The notes beneath the pieces are model-generated. The model worked only from the letters and a program-made list of their open reading frames with translations, searched no databases and was not told the DNA's origin. Positions 1 through 7,414 of a DNA stretch of 30,612 nt are shown here, piece after piece. Numbering within the stretch: the first letter of the stretch is position 1; each line of letters starts with the position of its first letter. Source of the DNA: a virus (lineage: Duplodnaviria; Caudoviricetes); IMG/VR virus record IMGVR_UViG_3300026187_000007, positions 1-30,612 of that record. One strand, 5' to 3'. A program made the position numbers and the translations under genes.

Positions 1-127
1 CTTATAAGCGTTCAAAATCTCCTTGTTTGAAATCTTCATAATCTTCGCTAATTTTATTTTTAATATCTAATTTAAGGTTTTTTAAAGTATTAAAGATACT
101 TACCCAGCTTATTTTAGTTTCGCTAGC
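1..127. repeat. Terminal direct repeat, copy 1 (assembly circularisation overlap)
   Basis: 1-127 is identical to 30486-30612. 127 nt is a common assembler k-mer length, and the repeat falls inside coding sequence. Confidence 0.95.
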
Positions 128-580
128 AAGCTTTCTTATACTCATATCTGTCTGGCTATAAAGCTTCCATATCTTTTTATCGTACCAATGCCAGTCTTTC
201 GCTACTTCGTCTACCATTAAGCAGATTTTATGGAAGGCTTCGTTTTCTTCTATATCGTCCTCATGCGGAAGCTCTAAGAAGTTTTCGTCTTTATCTATAC
301 TTATTATAGTTACTTTTTTCTTTTTATTATAAAACTGGTAGGCTAAAGATCTTAAAGTAAAAAACATATAGCCCTCGCTTACTTTGCCGTCCTTTATAAT
401 CTTATCGGGATTACTATATTTAGCTAGCGCGATATAGGCCTCTTGTACAATATCTTCGCAGAAGAAGTCCCCTACTAGGCTACGAACTATCCCTACCCAG
501 TATTTATGCCTTTTAGCTACTATACTTAACCAGTCTAACTCTCGATCCAAATTACAGTTATACTTAAAAATATTATACAT
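2..580 (-). CDS. Phage ECF/sigma70-family RNA polymerase sigma factor
   Basis: Region-2-like CEDIVQEAYIAL...YMFFTLRS and region-4 HTH DKKIWKLY..DMSIRKLASETKISWVSIFNTLK. The true start may be TTG at 550. Confidence 0.8.
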   Translation of the reverse strand: MYNIFKYNCNLDRELDWLSIVAKRHKYWVGIVRSLVGDFFCEDIVQEAYIALAKYSNPDKIIKDGKVSEGYMFFTLRSLAYQFYNKKKKVTIISIDKDENFLELPHEDDIEENEAFHKICLMVDEVAKDWHWYDKKIWKLYSQTDMSIRKLASETKISWVSIFNTLKNLKLDIKNKISEDYEDFKQGDFERL

Positions 581-744
581 ACTTGCAGGGTATGCTCTCT
601 ACCTTCTTCGTAATCAGTATAAGCGTAAAGACTACCTACCATAAAACCAAATATAGGAGCAAAAGAAATCTCTGCTCCGTTTATATATCCTAAGTAAATA
701 ATAGTTATACCTAATAACACCAATAAAAAGAAAAACGTTATCAA
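535..744 (-). CDS. Small membrane protein, 69 aa
   Basis: Hydrophobic segments; ATGA overlap with the helicase stop. Confidence 0.65.
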   Translation of the reverse strand: MITFFFLLVLLGITIIYLGYINGAEISFAPIFGFMVGSLYAYTDYEEGREHTLQVCIIFLSITVIWIES

Positions 745-1655
745 AATAAAACTTCTTTTAATTCGGATTTTTTACTATGTAATATATCCTGCCCCATAAA
801 TTCAAAGCCTACGTTATTCTTAACCATACGCATACGAATTGGCTCCATATACGGGGTGCATCTTCCGCCAGTTTCTGTCTCCTTTATTTTAAGAACATGA
901 AGCTCCGAGTACATCCAGTCGGTAGGGTGGTTAGTCATTCTATGGCAGCAAATTACGTCGTCTGCTCTATTACCCCACTTACCCCCTCCTTCTACAGAAG
1001 CTAATCCTAATGGCTGAGGTAATCCAGCATACTCATGCTCTTTTGGGTAAACGCGCCTTAGGGCTTCCGTTACTCCATGCGCGGTAAGGAATACAGTTAT
1101 ATTTTCTTTCTTAGCGAAAAGTCTAAACTCAGAAGCTACTTGGTAATCGTATAAATGCGAACCAATACCTCTCATTACTTGGGTATCTATACTTAGAGAG
1201 TTATAAGGATCTATAAGTAATCCGTCGTACTTCCAAACGTCCTTTATTGCTTTAGCTTCTTTTAAAAGGTCTTTATAGGTATAGAGATCTTCTACGTCTA
1301 TTACTTTAAAAAAGCTATTACACCACTTTATAGTTTTATTTATCTCTGCTTCGCTTGCGGTATGTATAGGCTTACCCATTTTAAACTCTATAATCTTTCT
1401 TACTATAGAGTCTGGAGTATTTTCACTAGACCAAATTAGAAATTTAAGTTTATGTATACTAGCCCACAATACTAAGAAGTATATCATTACGGAGCTTTTC
1501 CCTACGTTTGCATGCCCAATCCAAAGCGAGAAGTTACCTTGCTTATAGCGTAGGTATTCGTCAATATTTGGTACTCCTATTTTTAAACCTTCGACTACTT
1601 TTCCGTTTTTTATATCGAAGATACGGTTTTTAATTCTATCGGTTTCTGCTATCAT
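741..1655 (-). CDS. DnaB-like (SF4) replicative helicase, no primase domain
   Basis: Walker A GHANVGKS, SSE motif, Walker B LLIDPYN, H3-like VFLTAH, RADDVICCHR. Confidence 0.85.
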   Translation of the reverse strand: MIAETDRIKNRIFDIKNGKVVEGLKIGVPNIDEYLRYKQGNFSLWIGHANVGKSSVMIYFLVLWASIHKLKFLIWSSENTPDSIVRKIIEFKMGKPIHTASEAEINKTIKWCNSFFKVIDVEDLYTYKDLLKEAKAIKDVWKYDGLLIDPYNSLSIDTQVMRGIGSHLYDYQVASEFRLFAKKENITVFLTAHGVTEALRRVYPKEHEYAGLPQPLGLASVEGGGKWGNRADDVICCHRMTNHPTDWMYSELHVLKIKETETGGRCTPYMEPIRMRMVKNNVGFEFMGQDILHSKKSELKEVLF

Positions 1656-1659
1656 TTGT

Positions 1660-1803
1660 TTATAATGCTTTTGTTATTATTCCATATTTTTTAACTATTT
1701 TCTCTGAATGTTCGTCTATTCTTTCTATATAATATCCTACTATAGGGTTTACCTTATAATTCCAGAAATCGTCTGGCATTTCTCCCTTAAGAATCTTTTT
1801 CAT
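1660..1803 (-). CDS. Hypothetical 47 aa protein (not in ORF track)
   Basis: Read manually: MKKILKGEMPDDFWNYKVNPIVGYYIERIDEHSEKIVKKYGIITKAL. Fills the gap between terminator and helicase. Confidence 0.65.
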   Translation of the reverse strand: MKKILKGEMPDDFWNYKVNPIVGYYIERIDEHSEKIVKKYGIITKAL

Positions 1804-1811
1804 AAATATAT

Positions 1812-1834
1812 AAAAAAAGGGGCTAAAAAGCCCC
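1812..1834 (-). terminator. Intrinsic terminator
   Basis: Minus strand GGGGCT-TTT-TAGCCCC followed by T7. Confidence 0.75.
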
Positions 1835-1840
1835 ATTTAA

Positions 1841-2161
1841 TTAATAAGGTACGTCGCTAGAAGCTCTCGCTTCGTTTTGCTCTTGGTTCGTAACCTCGTT
1901 TCTCTCTGCTAAGGATATACCTCCTTCTCCTATCCATTTAACGGCTGCGTTACCTAGAGTAATAGCTTTTACCTTATTCTTTCTTTCTTCTTCTGAGATA
2001 GTTTGAGTAACCCAAACGTTATTACCGTAAGAAGAAGCGTCTTGGACCATAGCAGTAAAGTTAAGATAGGTCTTTCCGTTCTTAGCATTTATAAGCCTAT
2101 TCTTATCGATTGCAGTAAGTTCAATGCTTCCCGAGATAATTGCGGTAGTCTTTTTTTCCAT
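1841..2161 (-). CDS. Putative ssDNA-binding protein
   Basis: Beta-rich core (IELTAIDK..KNGKTYLNF) and acidic C-terminal tail SSDVPY resembling the SSB DxPF tail; lies next to the helicase. Confidence 0.55.
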   Translation of the reverse strand: MEKKTTAIISGSIELTAIDKNRLINAKNGKTYLNFTAMVQDASSYGNNVWVTQTISEEERKNKVKAITLGNAAVKWIGEGGISLAERNEVTNQEQNEARASSDVPY

Positions 2162-2209
2162 GTTATTTCTATTTTATAATTTAAGTAATTAAAATACGTT
2201 TTTCCGATC

Positions 2210-2530
2210 TTAGAGTTTGGCGAGTTCATTAGCTACTTTAGTTCCAATTTTATACTTGTTTCTAAGATCTTGTACAGTATAACCCTTTTTAATTAAGTCT
2301 AAAGCTTCATTATAATCGGGAGTATTAAAGTTTAACCAGTTTTTTTCTTCTTCACTTAGTTTCGGAAGTTTAGGTAAGGAGCTTTTAACTTCTCCTCCTA
2401 GAACCCAGTCTGCGAATTGCTGAGCAGTAGCTAAGACTTTTTCTTCTGTTTTAGAATCGTCTTTGGCCCAGAATACGTTAGCGTTAGTTAAAGCATTTTG
2501 CTTAATAATAAATACTTGAGTTTTATCCAT
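2210..2530 (-). CDS. Hypothetical protein, possibly recombination-associated
   Basis: Two small helical domains joined by a Pro/Lys linker; lies between SSB-like and NinG-like genes. Confidence 0.6.
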   Translation of the reverse strand: MDKTQVFIIKQNALTNANVFWAKDDSKTEEKVLATAQQFADWVLGGEVKSSLPKLPKLSEEEKNWLNFNTPDYNEALDLIKKGYTVQDLRNKYKIGTKVANELAKL

Positions 2531-2556
2531 AATTATTTATTTTAAAATTAATAACG

Positions 2557-2588
2557 CTAAGTTAGTAAAAAAAATTTAATAAAAAAAA
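2557..2588 (-). promoter_or_regulatory. Host-type (Bacteroidota sigmaA) promoter variant
   Basis: TAACTTAG resembles the -7 box TAnnTTTG; lies right after a terminator and ~26 nt before ATG 2530. Confidence 0.5.
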
Positions 2589-2613
2589 AGGGTAAAGATT
2601 AAACCTTACCCCT
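2581..2613 (-). terminator. Intrinsic terminator
   Basis: GGGTAAGG-TTTAA-TCTTTACCC-type hairpin followed by T9. Confidence 0.75.
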
Positions 2614-2638
2614 TTCGCATTAAAACAAATAATTAAGT
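2581..2638 (-). ncRNA. Candidate 3'-UTR antisense RNA element
   Basis: UAAUUAUUUGUUUUA (2635-2621) is exactly complementary to the start region of gene 27737 and near-complementary to those of 2530, 28670 and 24902. Confidence 0.35.
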
Positions 2639-3055
2639 TTAGAGAAAACTCTTTAACTTACTAGAATACTCTGTTATCATTTCTTCTAGTTCGTCAGTAG
2701 TAAATTTAGTTACTTCTCTGCTTTTTTCTAGTAATTCCTGCGATAAGTTATCGCCAAGATATAAAGAGTACTCGTATTGACGGCCTGCTTTAAATCTATT
2801 GCAGTATCTACATTGAGGCTTAACGTTTCTAGGATCCCACCGCGTAGCCATAGCAGTCCTTGAGATAAAGTGGCCCGCGTCAATAATGTCCTTCTCCCAG
2901 TAACCCTTTTTACCGCATGTTATACAAGTACAAAAACCTCTACTATCTGCGTTACTTAATCTTATATACTTAGAAAATACTACGTCTAGTTTTTTAACTA
3001 GTTTACTTCTAGTAGGTTTTTTAGAAGTCTTAGGCATCGTTTTACGTTTAAGCAA
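2639..3055 (-). CDS. ninG: NinG/Rap-like recombination endonuclease
   Basis: LDVVFSKYIRL, CITCG, DAGHFISR, RWDPRNVKPQCRYCN. Start may be the ATG of MPKTS. Confidence 0.85.
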   Translation of the reverse strand: MLKRKTMPKTSKKPTRSKLVKKLDVVFSKYIRLSNADSRGFCTCITCGKKGYWEKDIIDAGHFISRTAMATRWDPRNVKPQCRYCNRFKAGRQYEYSLYLGDNLSQELLEKSREVTKFTTDELEEMITEYSSKLKSFL

Positions 3056-3298
3056 TTACTTATCTAAGTGGTTTAGTAGTAAGTTTCCGTCTACTTCGTT
3101 AAATCCTTTTAAAAGCTTATAAAGATATTTACTATCACTTTTTACTTTATTCTTTTCGGTTTTAGTAGAATCTATACCTAAGTTAGTATAACTTATAGCG
3201 TCTAGTTCTAGTATAGCGTCTGTACGTTCTTTTACCGATAGTTGAAAGTCTTTAGCTATTTTCTCAGCTAATTTTCTAATAGTCATATCTTCACTCAT
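3056..3298 (-). CDS. Hypothetical 80 aa protein, first gene after the early promoter
   Basis: ORF with AT-rich initiation region. Confidence 0.7.
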   Translation of the reverse strand: MSEDMTIRKLAEKIAKDFQLSVKERTDAILELDAISYTNLGIDSTKTEKNKVKSDSKYLYKLLKGFNEVDGNLLLNHLDK

Positions 3299-3345
3299 TA
3301 GTTAAATTTATTAAAGGTTAATATATATAATTAGCCTCCACCCGC

Positions 3346-3378
3346 CAAAGGTAGAGGATTTTTTAAACAGTTACTAAA
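3346..3378 (-). promoter_or_regulatory. Bacteroidota housekeeping promoter (early)
   Basis: TACCTTTG is a canonical TAnnTTTG -7 box, with TTAG 20 nt upstream at the -33 position. Confidence 0.7.
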
Positions 3379-3392
3379 TTAAGTTTTTAACA

Positions 3393-3521
3393 TTACCTAC
3401 CCTGCCCTCTATATTTTTTCTTATAATTTTTAGAGGATTTTAAAGCTGAGGTTTTAGATTTACTATGGGTTCCCTTTCTACGGACCTTATTCTTTTCGTA
3501 GTTAATAACTATTTTCTTCAT
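3393..3521 (-). CDS. Very basic 42 aa peptide ending KKYRGQGR (not in ORF track)
   Basis: Read manually: MKKIVINYEKNKVRRKGTHSKSKTSALKSSKNYKKKYRGQGR. Confidence 0.7.
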   Translation of the reverse strand: MKKIVINYEKNKVRRKGTHSKSKTSALKSSKNYKKKYRGQGR

Positions 3522-3523
3522 TA

Positions 3524-3898
3524 CTAACTAGACTTACCTTTTAGTTTCTCGTAAGTTCTTAGACCTCCTAGTCCTAGCATACCCATTAGTACGGTAAATA
3601 AGCTATTAGTATCAAATTCTACTGGTTTTATATCGGTATAGGCTATAAGTAAAGGCATTACTATATAATGAAATGCGAAAGCTATACCGCATACCCAGCC
3701 TATAAAAGGTCTCCACCCCGCTACAAATACCGTGCGGTGATTGGCTTCTATTTCGTTAATTCTAGTTTGGATTTCTAGTAGCTCGTTAGGATCTAGTTCT
3801 TTTCCTTTTATAGCTTCTCTTATCTCCCAAGCTAGATTACCAGCTACTGATTTTCTACCGTCTCCACCTTTTAAAAGTCCTAAAAGTAGTTTTAACAT
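3524..3898 (-). CDS. Holin (GTA/3TM-holin-like)
   Basis: FVAGWRPFIGWVCG and LMGMLGLGGLRTYEK motifs, TM helices, lysis context. Confidence 0.8.
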   Translation of the reverse strand: MLKLLLGLLKGGDGRKSVAGNLAWEIREAIKGKELDPNELLEIQTRINEIEANHRTVFVAGWRPFIGWVCGIAFAFHYIVMPLLIAYTDIKPVEFDTNSLFTVLMGMLGLGGLRTYEKLKGKSS

Positions 3899-4062
3899 TA
3901 TTCCCGAAGCATCTTATTATAAAGTATCTGTGCTAACTTAACCTCGTGCTGGTTATCTATACAGATATCTTTAGTTATTTTTTTATACTCAGCTAGTTTC
4001 TGGTTTCTTGCACTTGCACACCCCGCTAGAGTCGTTACAAGTAGTATTAGTAGTATTCGCAT
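3898..4062 (-). CDS. 54 aa lipoprotein, candidate o-spanin (not in ORF track)
   Basis: MRILLILLVTTLAG|CASARNQ... has a perfect LAGC lipobox; stop overlaps the holin start (TAATG). Confidence 0.7.
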   Translation of the reverse strand: MRILLILLVTTLAGCASARNQKLAEYKKITKDICIDNQHEVKLAQILYNKMLRE

Positions 4063-4168
4063 GTTTGTTAGTTTGTAGAAGTAAAACTTCTGTTAGTTTG
4101 TCGATACTCTTTCGTATCTCTTTTAATTCGTTTCTAAGCCCGTTAGACTTAACTTTTACTTCAGCCAT
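3989..4168 (-). CDS. 59 aa coiled-coil protein overlapping the lipoprotein gene (not in ORF track)
   Basis: MAEVKVKSNGLRNELKEIRKSIDKLTEVLLLQTNKHANTTNTTCNDSSGVCKCKKPETS. Confidence 0.6.
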   Translation of the reverse strand: MAEVKVKSNGLRNELKEIRKSIDKLTEVLLLQTNKHANTTNTTCNDSSGVCKCKKPETS

Positions 4169-4569
4169 AGCGTACTACCAGTAGTATTAGTAAGTCCAGA
4201 CGGAATTAGGTTTAGTTCCTCCTTGATCGATAGAGTCGGTATCGCAGTGTATGAAATTTTTACTAATTCCGAGCCTCTTAAATCCTGCTTTAATAAGAGC
4301 ATTAAGTATAATGTATCTTTCTGCTCCGCTTCCGACTGCGATATCTGCGGCCTTTCCGATAAGGTGCGAGCTATTAGCTGAGGCTTTATATCCTTTTTTT
4401 CTAAGCTCCTCGTTATGTTCTTTAGTTCTATATCCGCTTGTAATCTTAAAGGGTATACCTGCGTACTCTCTAGCGAGATCGAGCTTGATAAGAAAGTCCC
4501 TATCCATATTAACAGACGAACCGCCCAAAGAAGGGCAGTCAAACTCCGAGAGAGAAAAATAATTAAGCT
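4156..4569 (-). CDS. Overprinted +1-frame ORF inside the endolysin (TTG start at 4542, or UGA read-through)
   Basis: Stop-free across the whole endolysin; endolysin codon choice avoids every NTA|R junction; hydrophobic N-terminus. Confidence 0.4.
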   Translation of the reverse strand, partial: SLIIFLSRSLTALLWAVRLLIWIGTFLSSSISLESTQVYPLRLQADIELKNITRSLEKKDIKPQLIARTLSERPQISQSEAEQKDTLYLMLLLKQDLRGSELVKISYTAIPTLSIKEELNLIPSGLTNTTGSTLWLK

Positions 4570-4573
4570 TCAT
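4187..4573 (-). CDS. Endolysin, peptidase M15 family
   Basis: EFDCP, ITSGYRT, SSHLIGKAADI and FIHCD Zn-peptidase motifs. Confidence 0.9.
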   Translation of the reverse strand: MKLNYFSLSEFDCPSLGGSSVNMDRDFLIKLDLAREYAGIPFKITSGYRTKEHNEELRKKGYKASANSSHLIGKAADIAVGSGAERYIILNALIKAGFKRLGISKNFIHCDTDSIDQGGTKPNSVWTY

Positions 4574-4719
4574 GCTATAATAGCAATTAGGACCATTAAT
4601 AAAAAGAAAGTAATAAATATAGTTTTACCTCTATTAAATATACCTCCGTTCCAATTAGTAATATACCAATTTTTAACCCAAGTTAAAGCTCTGTTTCCGT
4701 ATAGTTTTATCTTATCCAT
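4570..4719 (-). CDS. 49 aa membrane protein (not in ORF track)
   Basis: MDKIKLYGNRALTWVKNWYITNWNGGIFNRGKTIFITFFLLMVLIAIIA; TAATG and ATGA overlaps with its neighbours. Confidence 0.7.
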   Translation of the reverse strand: MDKIKLYGNRALTWVKNWYITNWNGGIFNRGKTIFITFFLLMVLIAIIA

Positions 4720-5000
4720 TATTTTCTTTTATCTCTTTGTAAGTATTCTAAGTCTTTCATAAAGCCCCTAACTTCTAGCTCCATAGTTCTAAACTCTGCC
4801 TCTAGTTTTCTCTGAGCTGGCCATGTATAACTCTGCTCGTTTTCTTTAAGCTTTTTTACTGCCGTTTCGTTAGCTTCTATCTTAGCACTTAAAGAATAAT
4901 AAGATCCTACTATAGAAGCAAACATAGCTAACAAAGTAACTATCTGGGGTATACTTATAGAAAGATCTGCTTTTTTGTCTCCGTTTATATCTATATCCAT
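4719..5000 (-). CDS. TM plus coiled-coil protein in lysis block (i-spanin/antiholin-like topology)
   Basis: One TM (IPQIVTLLAMFASIVGSYY) followed by heptad-like helices. Confidence 0.55.
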   Translation of the reverse strand: MDIDINGDKKADLSISIPQIVTLLAMFASIVGSYYSLSAKIEANETAVKKLKENEQSYTWPAQRKLEAEFRTMELEVRGFMKDLEYLQRDKRK

Positions 5001-5140
5001 TACTTTATTTTTTTAATTATTTGTATTATTGTATATCCTATTGCCAAGACAAGGGAAATCGTCTGAAGATAGGGATTAATCTCCGTTATTGATATTGCTA
5101 ATGCTATTGCGTTGAATCCGTATATCTTCAATTGTTCCAT
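5000..5140 (-). CDS. 46 aa holin-like membrane peptide (not in ORF track)
   Basis: MEQLKIYGFNAIALAISITEINPYLQTISLVLAIGYTIIQIIKKIK; two hydrophobic segments and a basic tail. Confidence 0.7.
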   Translation of the reverse strand: MEQLKIYGFNAIALAISITEINPYLQTISLVLAIGYTIIQIIKKIK

Positions 5141-5143
5141 TGT

Positions 5144-7414
5144 TTATGCTATTGCTAAATAGATGTATATTCCTCCTGATGTATTTATAGTGCTATTTGT
5201 TGATTGTAAAGTAAACCCATCTGAATCAAAATCTACACCGCCTGTTAATGTAGATTCTGCTAAATCTTGATGAGCTCCTAAAAACTCTGTTCTTGGGTCT
5301 GTTGTATCTCTTACAGAATCAAAAATTAACCATCCACCTGTGGAGTCAGTTCTTTTTAACATAAGAAATCTTGGTTCAAAACCAAGACCTGTAATTGCAT
5401 TACCACTTGAACCCCCATTATAACTCCCCACCTTCTGATAAGAATCCACACTGTGGAAGCAGTAATTAATATATGTATATGAAGAGGAACTTATATTATT
5501 TGTAAAAGTACTTGATGAAACACTTGAAAATACACCCGAATCTGTAGCTGTTCCTCCTGTTGTGTTCAAATTTAAGTATTTACCCGTTCCTACGTCTTTG
5601 TGATATACCCACCAATTAGCAGCCACATCTGTAGTTTTTGCTATAATTAATTCAGGAGCAGAAGATAGTCCGTGCCCTACGTTTGCTGCACCTCCTGCTG
5701 TATACTTCACAATACTAAACCCTGCATCTTGATTTGCCCTAACAGTTGAGGTTATCGTTCCATCAGTATTCGTAGAATCTGATGAAGCTGCTTTCCAACA
5801 CCAAGCAACAAAATCAGTACCTGTACCATTATAAGAATTACCTGAACCAACAGTAAACCCATTAGTATCATAAGATTGTATACCTGTGGTAACTGCTTGT
5901 TCCCCTGCAGTTGAACTCGTGCTTAAATAAAAGTCTCCTCTTACAGAATCTTGTAACCTATGAGGATTTGAACCATAAGTACCACTCCTTGCCTTTATCC
6001 AAATTAAATCAGGGGTAAAGGACATTCCGAGAAAGTTTATCGCAGTCGGTGTTCCGTTGTAGCCGTAAGATACATTTGTAGCAGTACCATCGTAGTTTGT
6101 AGTTTCGTCTGTTGCATTTCCATCTAATTTGTAATATGCTACATAATCTGTTGGAATAGATGCGGTAGTATTATTATATAAATATCCTACTTCTTGCGAT
6201 GTTAGTATGTCTGAATAGATACGAGCATCGTCTATTCTACCTGTAAAATGACCTGCTGTATTATAAGCACCTATTCTGTTTTGTTGTCCTGCATTTCCTA
6301 TACTTGCAATAGAAGTAATTCCTTTAACAGTTCCATCTAAATAAGCCGTTAAATTACCTGAACTTTCGGCAGTTAAACAAACGTGATGCCAAGAATTATA
6401 TGTTATCTCTGATTCATCAACAAGAATAACTTTATTTGAGCCATCATTGACTTTAAATTCTAATTTTCTTGGCGAATATCCTGAATTAAATCCAAGTTCT
6501 ATAAATGAATTTTCTCTAAAACTCATTATATATCTATCTCCACTTGTACCATCAAAATTAAACCAAGCTGAAAAAGAAAAATCACTTCCTGAACCTGTAA
6601 TATTTGGTATAGTGGGAATATCTATATAACTACTACTCCCATTAAAAAAAGCAGCATCTCCAAACTTCCCATTATTACCTGCTCCTGCGGTATCATTAGC
6701 ATCCTCATCTAACTCATATAAAGCAACACCTGAACCATCTGAAAATATATCCGTAGTTGATTTAGTACTACTTGCGTAGGTTTCATTAGATAGAGTAGTT
6801 ACTTCTCCGCTGCTTAATGCTTTGTCAAAGATTCTTACTTGGTCTATTTTTCCTTCCCAATATTTTACAGTATAATTACCTGCCCTACCTAAAGTAAACC
6901 CTGCAGCGTGAGTTATTGTAGAATTAGATGCAGAAGCAGGTGTGCCATTATCTACATATATATAATTTGTACCACCATCTCTTACAAAAACTATATGATG
7001 CCAAGAATTAAGAGTAATTGTGTCTGTAGAGTTTAATTCGGTAACTGTACCTGCAACTGAATTATCCCTTTCATACCACCTAATAGTAGAGTCAGAATTA
7101 ACTGCAAAATAAATACCATTTTTAGCTCCACTATCAATCGTTCCTCCAAAAAAATCATTCACCGCTTCAGGAGTATTTATCCACATTGAAACAGAATAAT
7201 CAGTTAACGTATCAAAATCTAAAGACGTTGTAATTATACTACTACTCCCATTAAAAGCAGCACCTTTTCTTATATACCCTGTTATCTTTTGTGTACCACC
7301 ATTTCCTGTATAGGTTACAGTTTCAAAGTTTTGTAAAGGGTCAAATGCTGCTGCTGCTGCAGGTTGAGAGGCTACAATACCTCCCGTTGTAAAGAATTTT
7401 TTATTAAATCCCAT
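5144..7414 (-). CDS. Receptor-binding/tail fibre protein with two LamG (ConA-like) domains
   Basis: Two FNGSSS..SWHH..YVDN/YLDG..G.ID..RI LamG units flanked by YTGNG / GF.PD.IWIK / YC.H repeats. Confidence 0.8.
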   Translation of the reverse strand: MGFNKKFFTTGGIVASQPAAAAAFDPLQNFETVTYTGNGGTQKITGYIRKGAAFNGSSSIITTSLDFDTLTDYSVSMWINTPEAVNDFFGGTIDSGAKNGIYFAVNSDSTIRWYERDNSVAGTVTELNSTDTITLNSWHHIVFVRDGGTNYIYVDNGTPASASNSTITHAAGFTLGRAGNYTVKYWEGKIDQVRIFDKALSSGEVTTLSNETYASSTKSTTDIFSDGSGVALYELDEDANDTAGAGNNGKFGDAAFFNGSSSYIDIPTIPNITGSGSDFSFSAWFNFDGTSGDRYIMSFRENSFIELGFNSGYSPRKLEFKVNDGSNKVILVDESEITYNSWHHVCLTAESSGNLTAYLDGTVKGITSIASIGNAGQQNRIGAYNTAGHFTGRIDDARIYSDILTSQEVGYLYNNTTASIPTDYVAYYKLDGNATDETTNYDGTATNVSYGYNGTPTAINFLGMSFTPDLIWIKARSGTYGSNPHRLQDSVRGDFYLSTSSTAGEQAVTTGIQSYDTNGFTVGSGNSYNGTGTDFVAWCWKAASSDSTNTDGTITSTVRANQDAGFSIVKYTAGGAANVGHGLSSAPELIIAKTTDVAANWWVYHKDVGTGKYLNLNTTGGTATDSGVFSSVSSSTFTNNISSSSYTYINYCFHSVDSYQKVGSYNGGSSGNAITGLGFEPRFLMLKRTDSTGGWLIFDSVRDTTDPRTEFLGAHQDLAESTLTGGVDFDSDGFTLQSTNSTINTSGGIYIYLAIA
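6384..7256. repeat. Two pairs of exact direct repeats in the LamG units (15 bp and 19 bp)
   Basis: tgatgccaagaatta at 6384-6398 and 6996-7010; actactactcccattaaaa at 6629-6647 and 7238-7256. Confidence 0.85.

Noticed and set aside
5144-7414. Diversity-generating retroelement or invertible fibre cassette
   Set aside because: No reverse transcriptase, invertase, template/variable repeat pair or inverted gene fragments seen.
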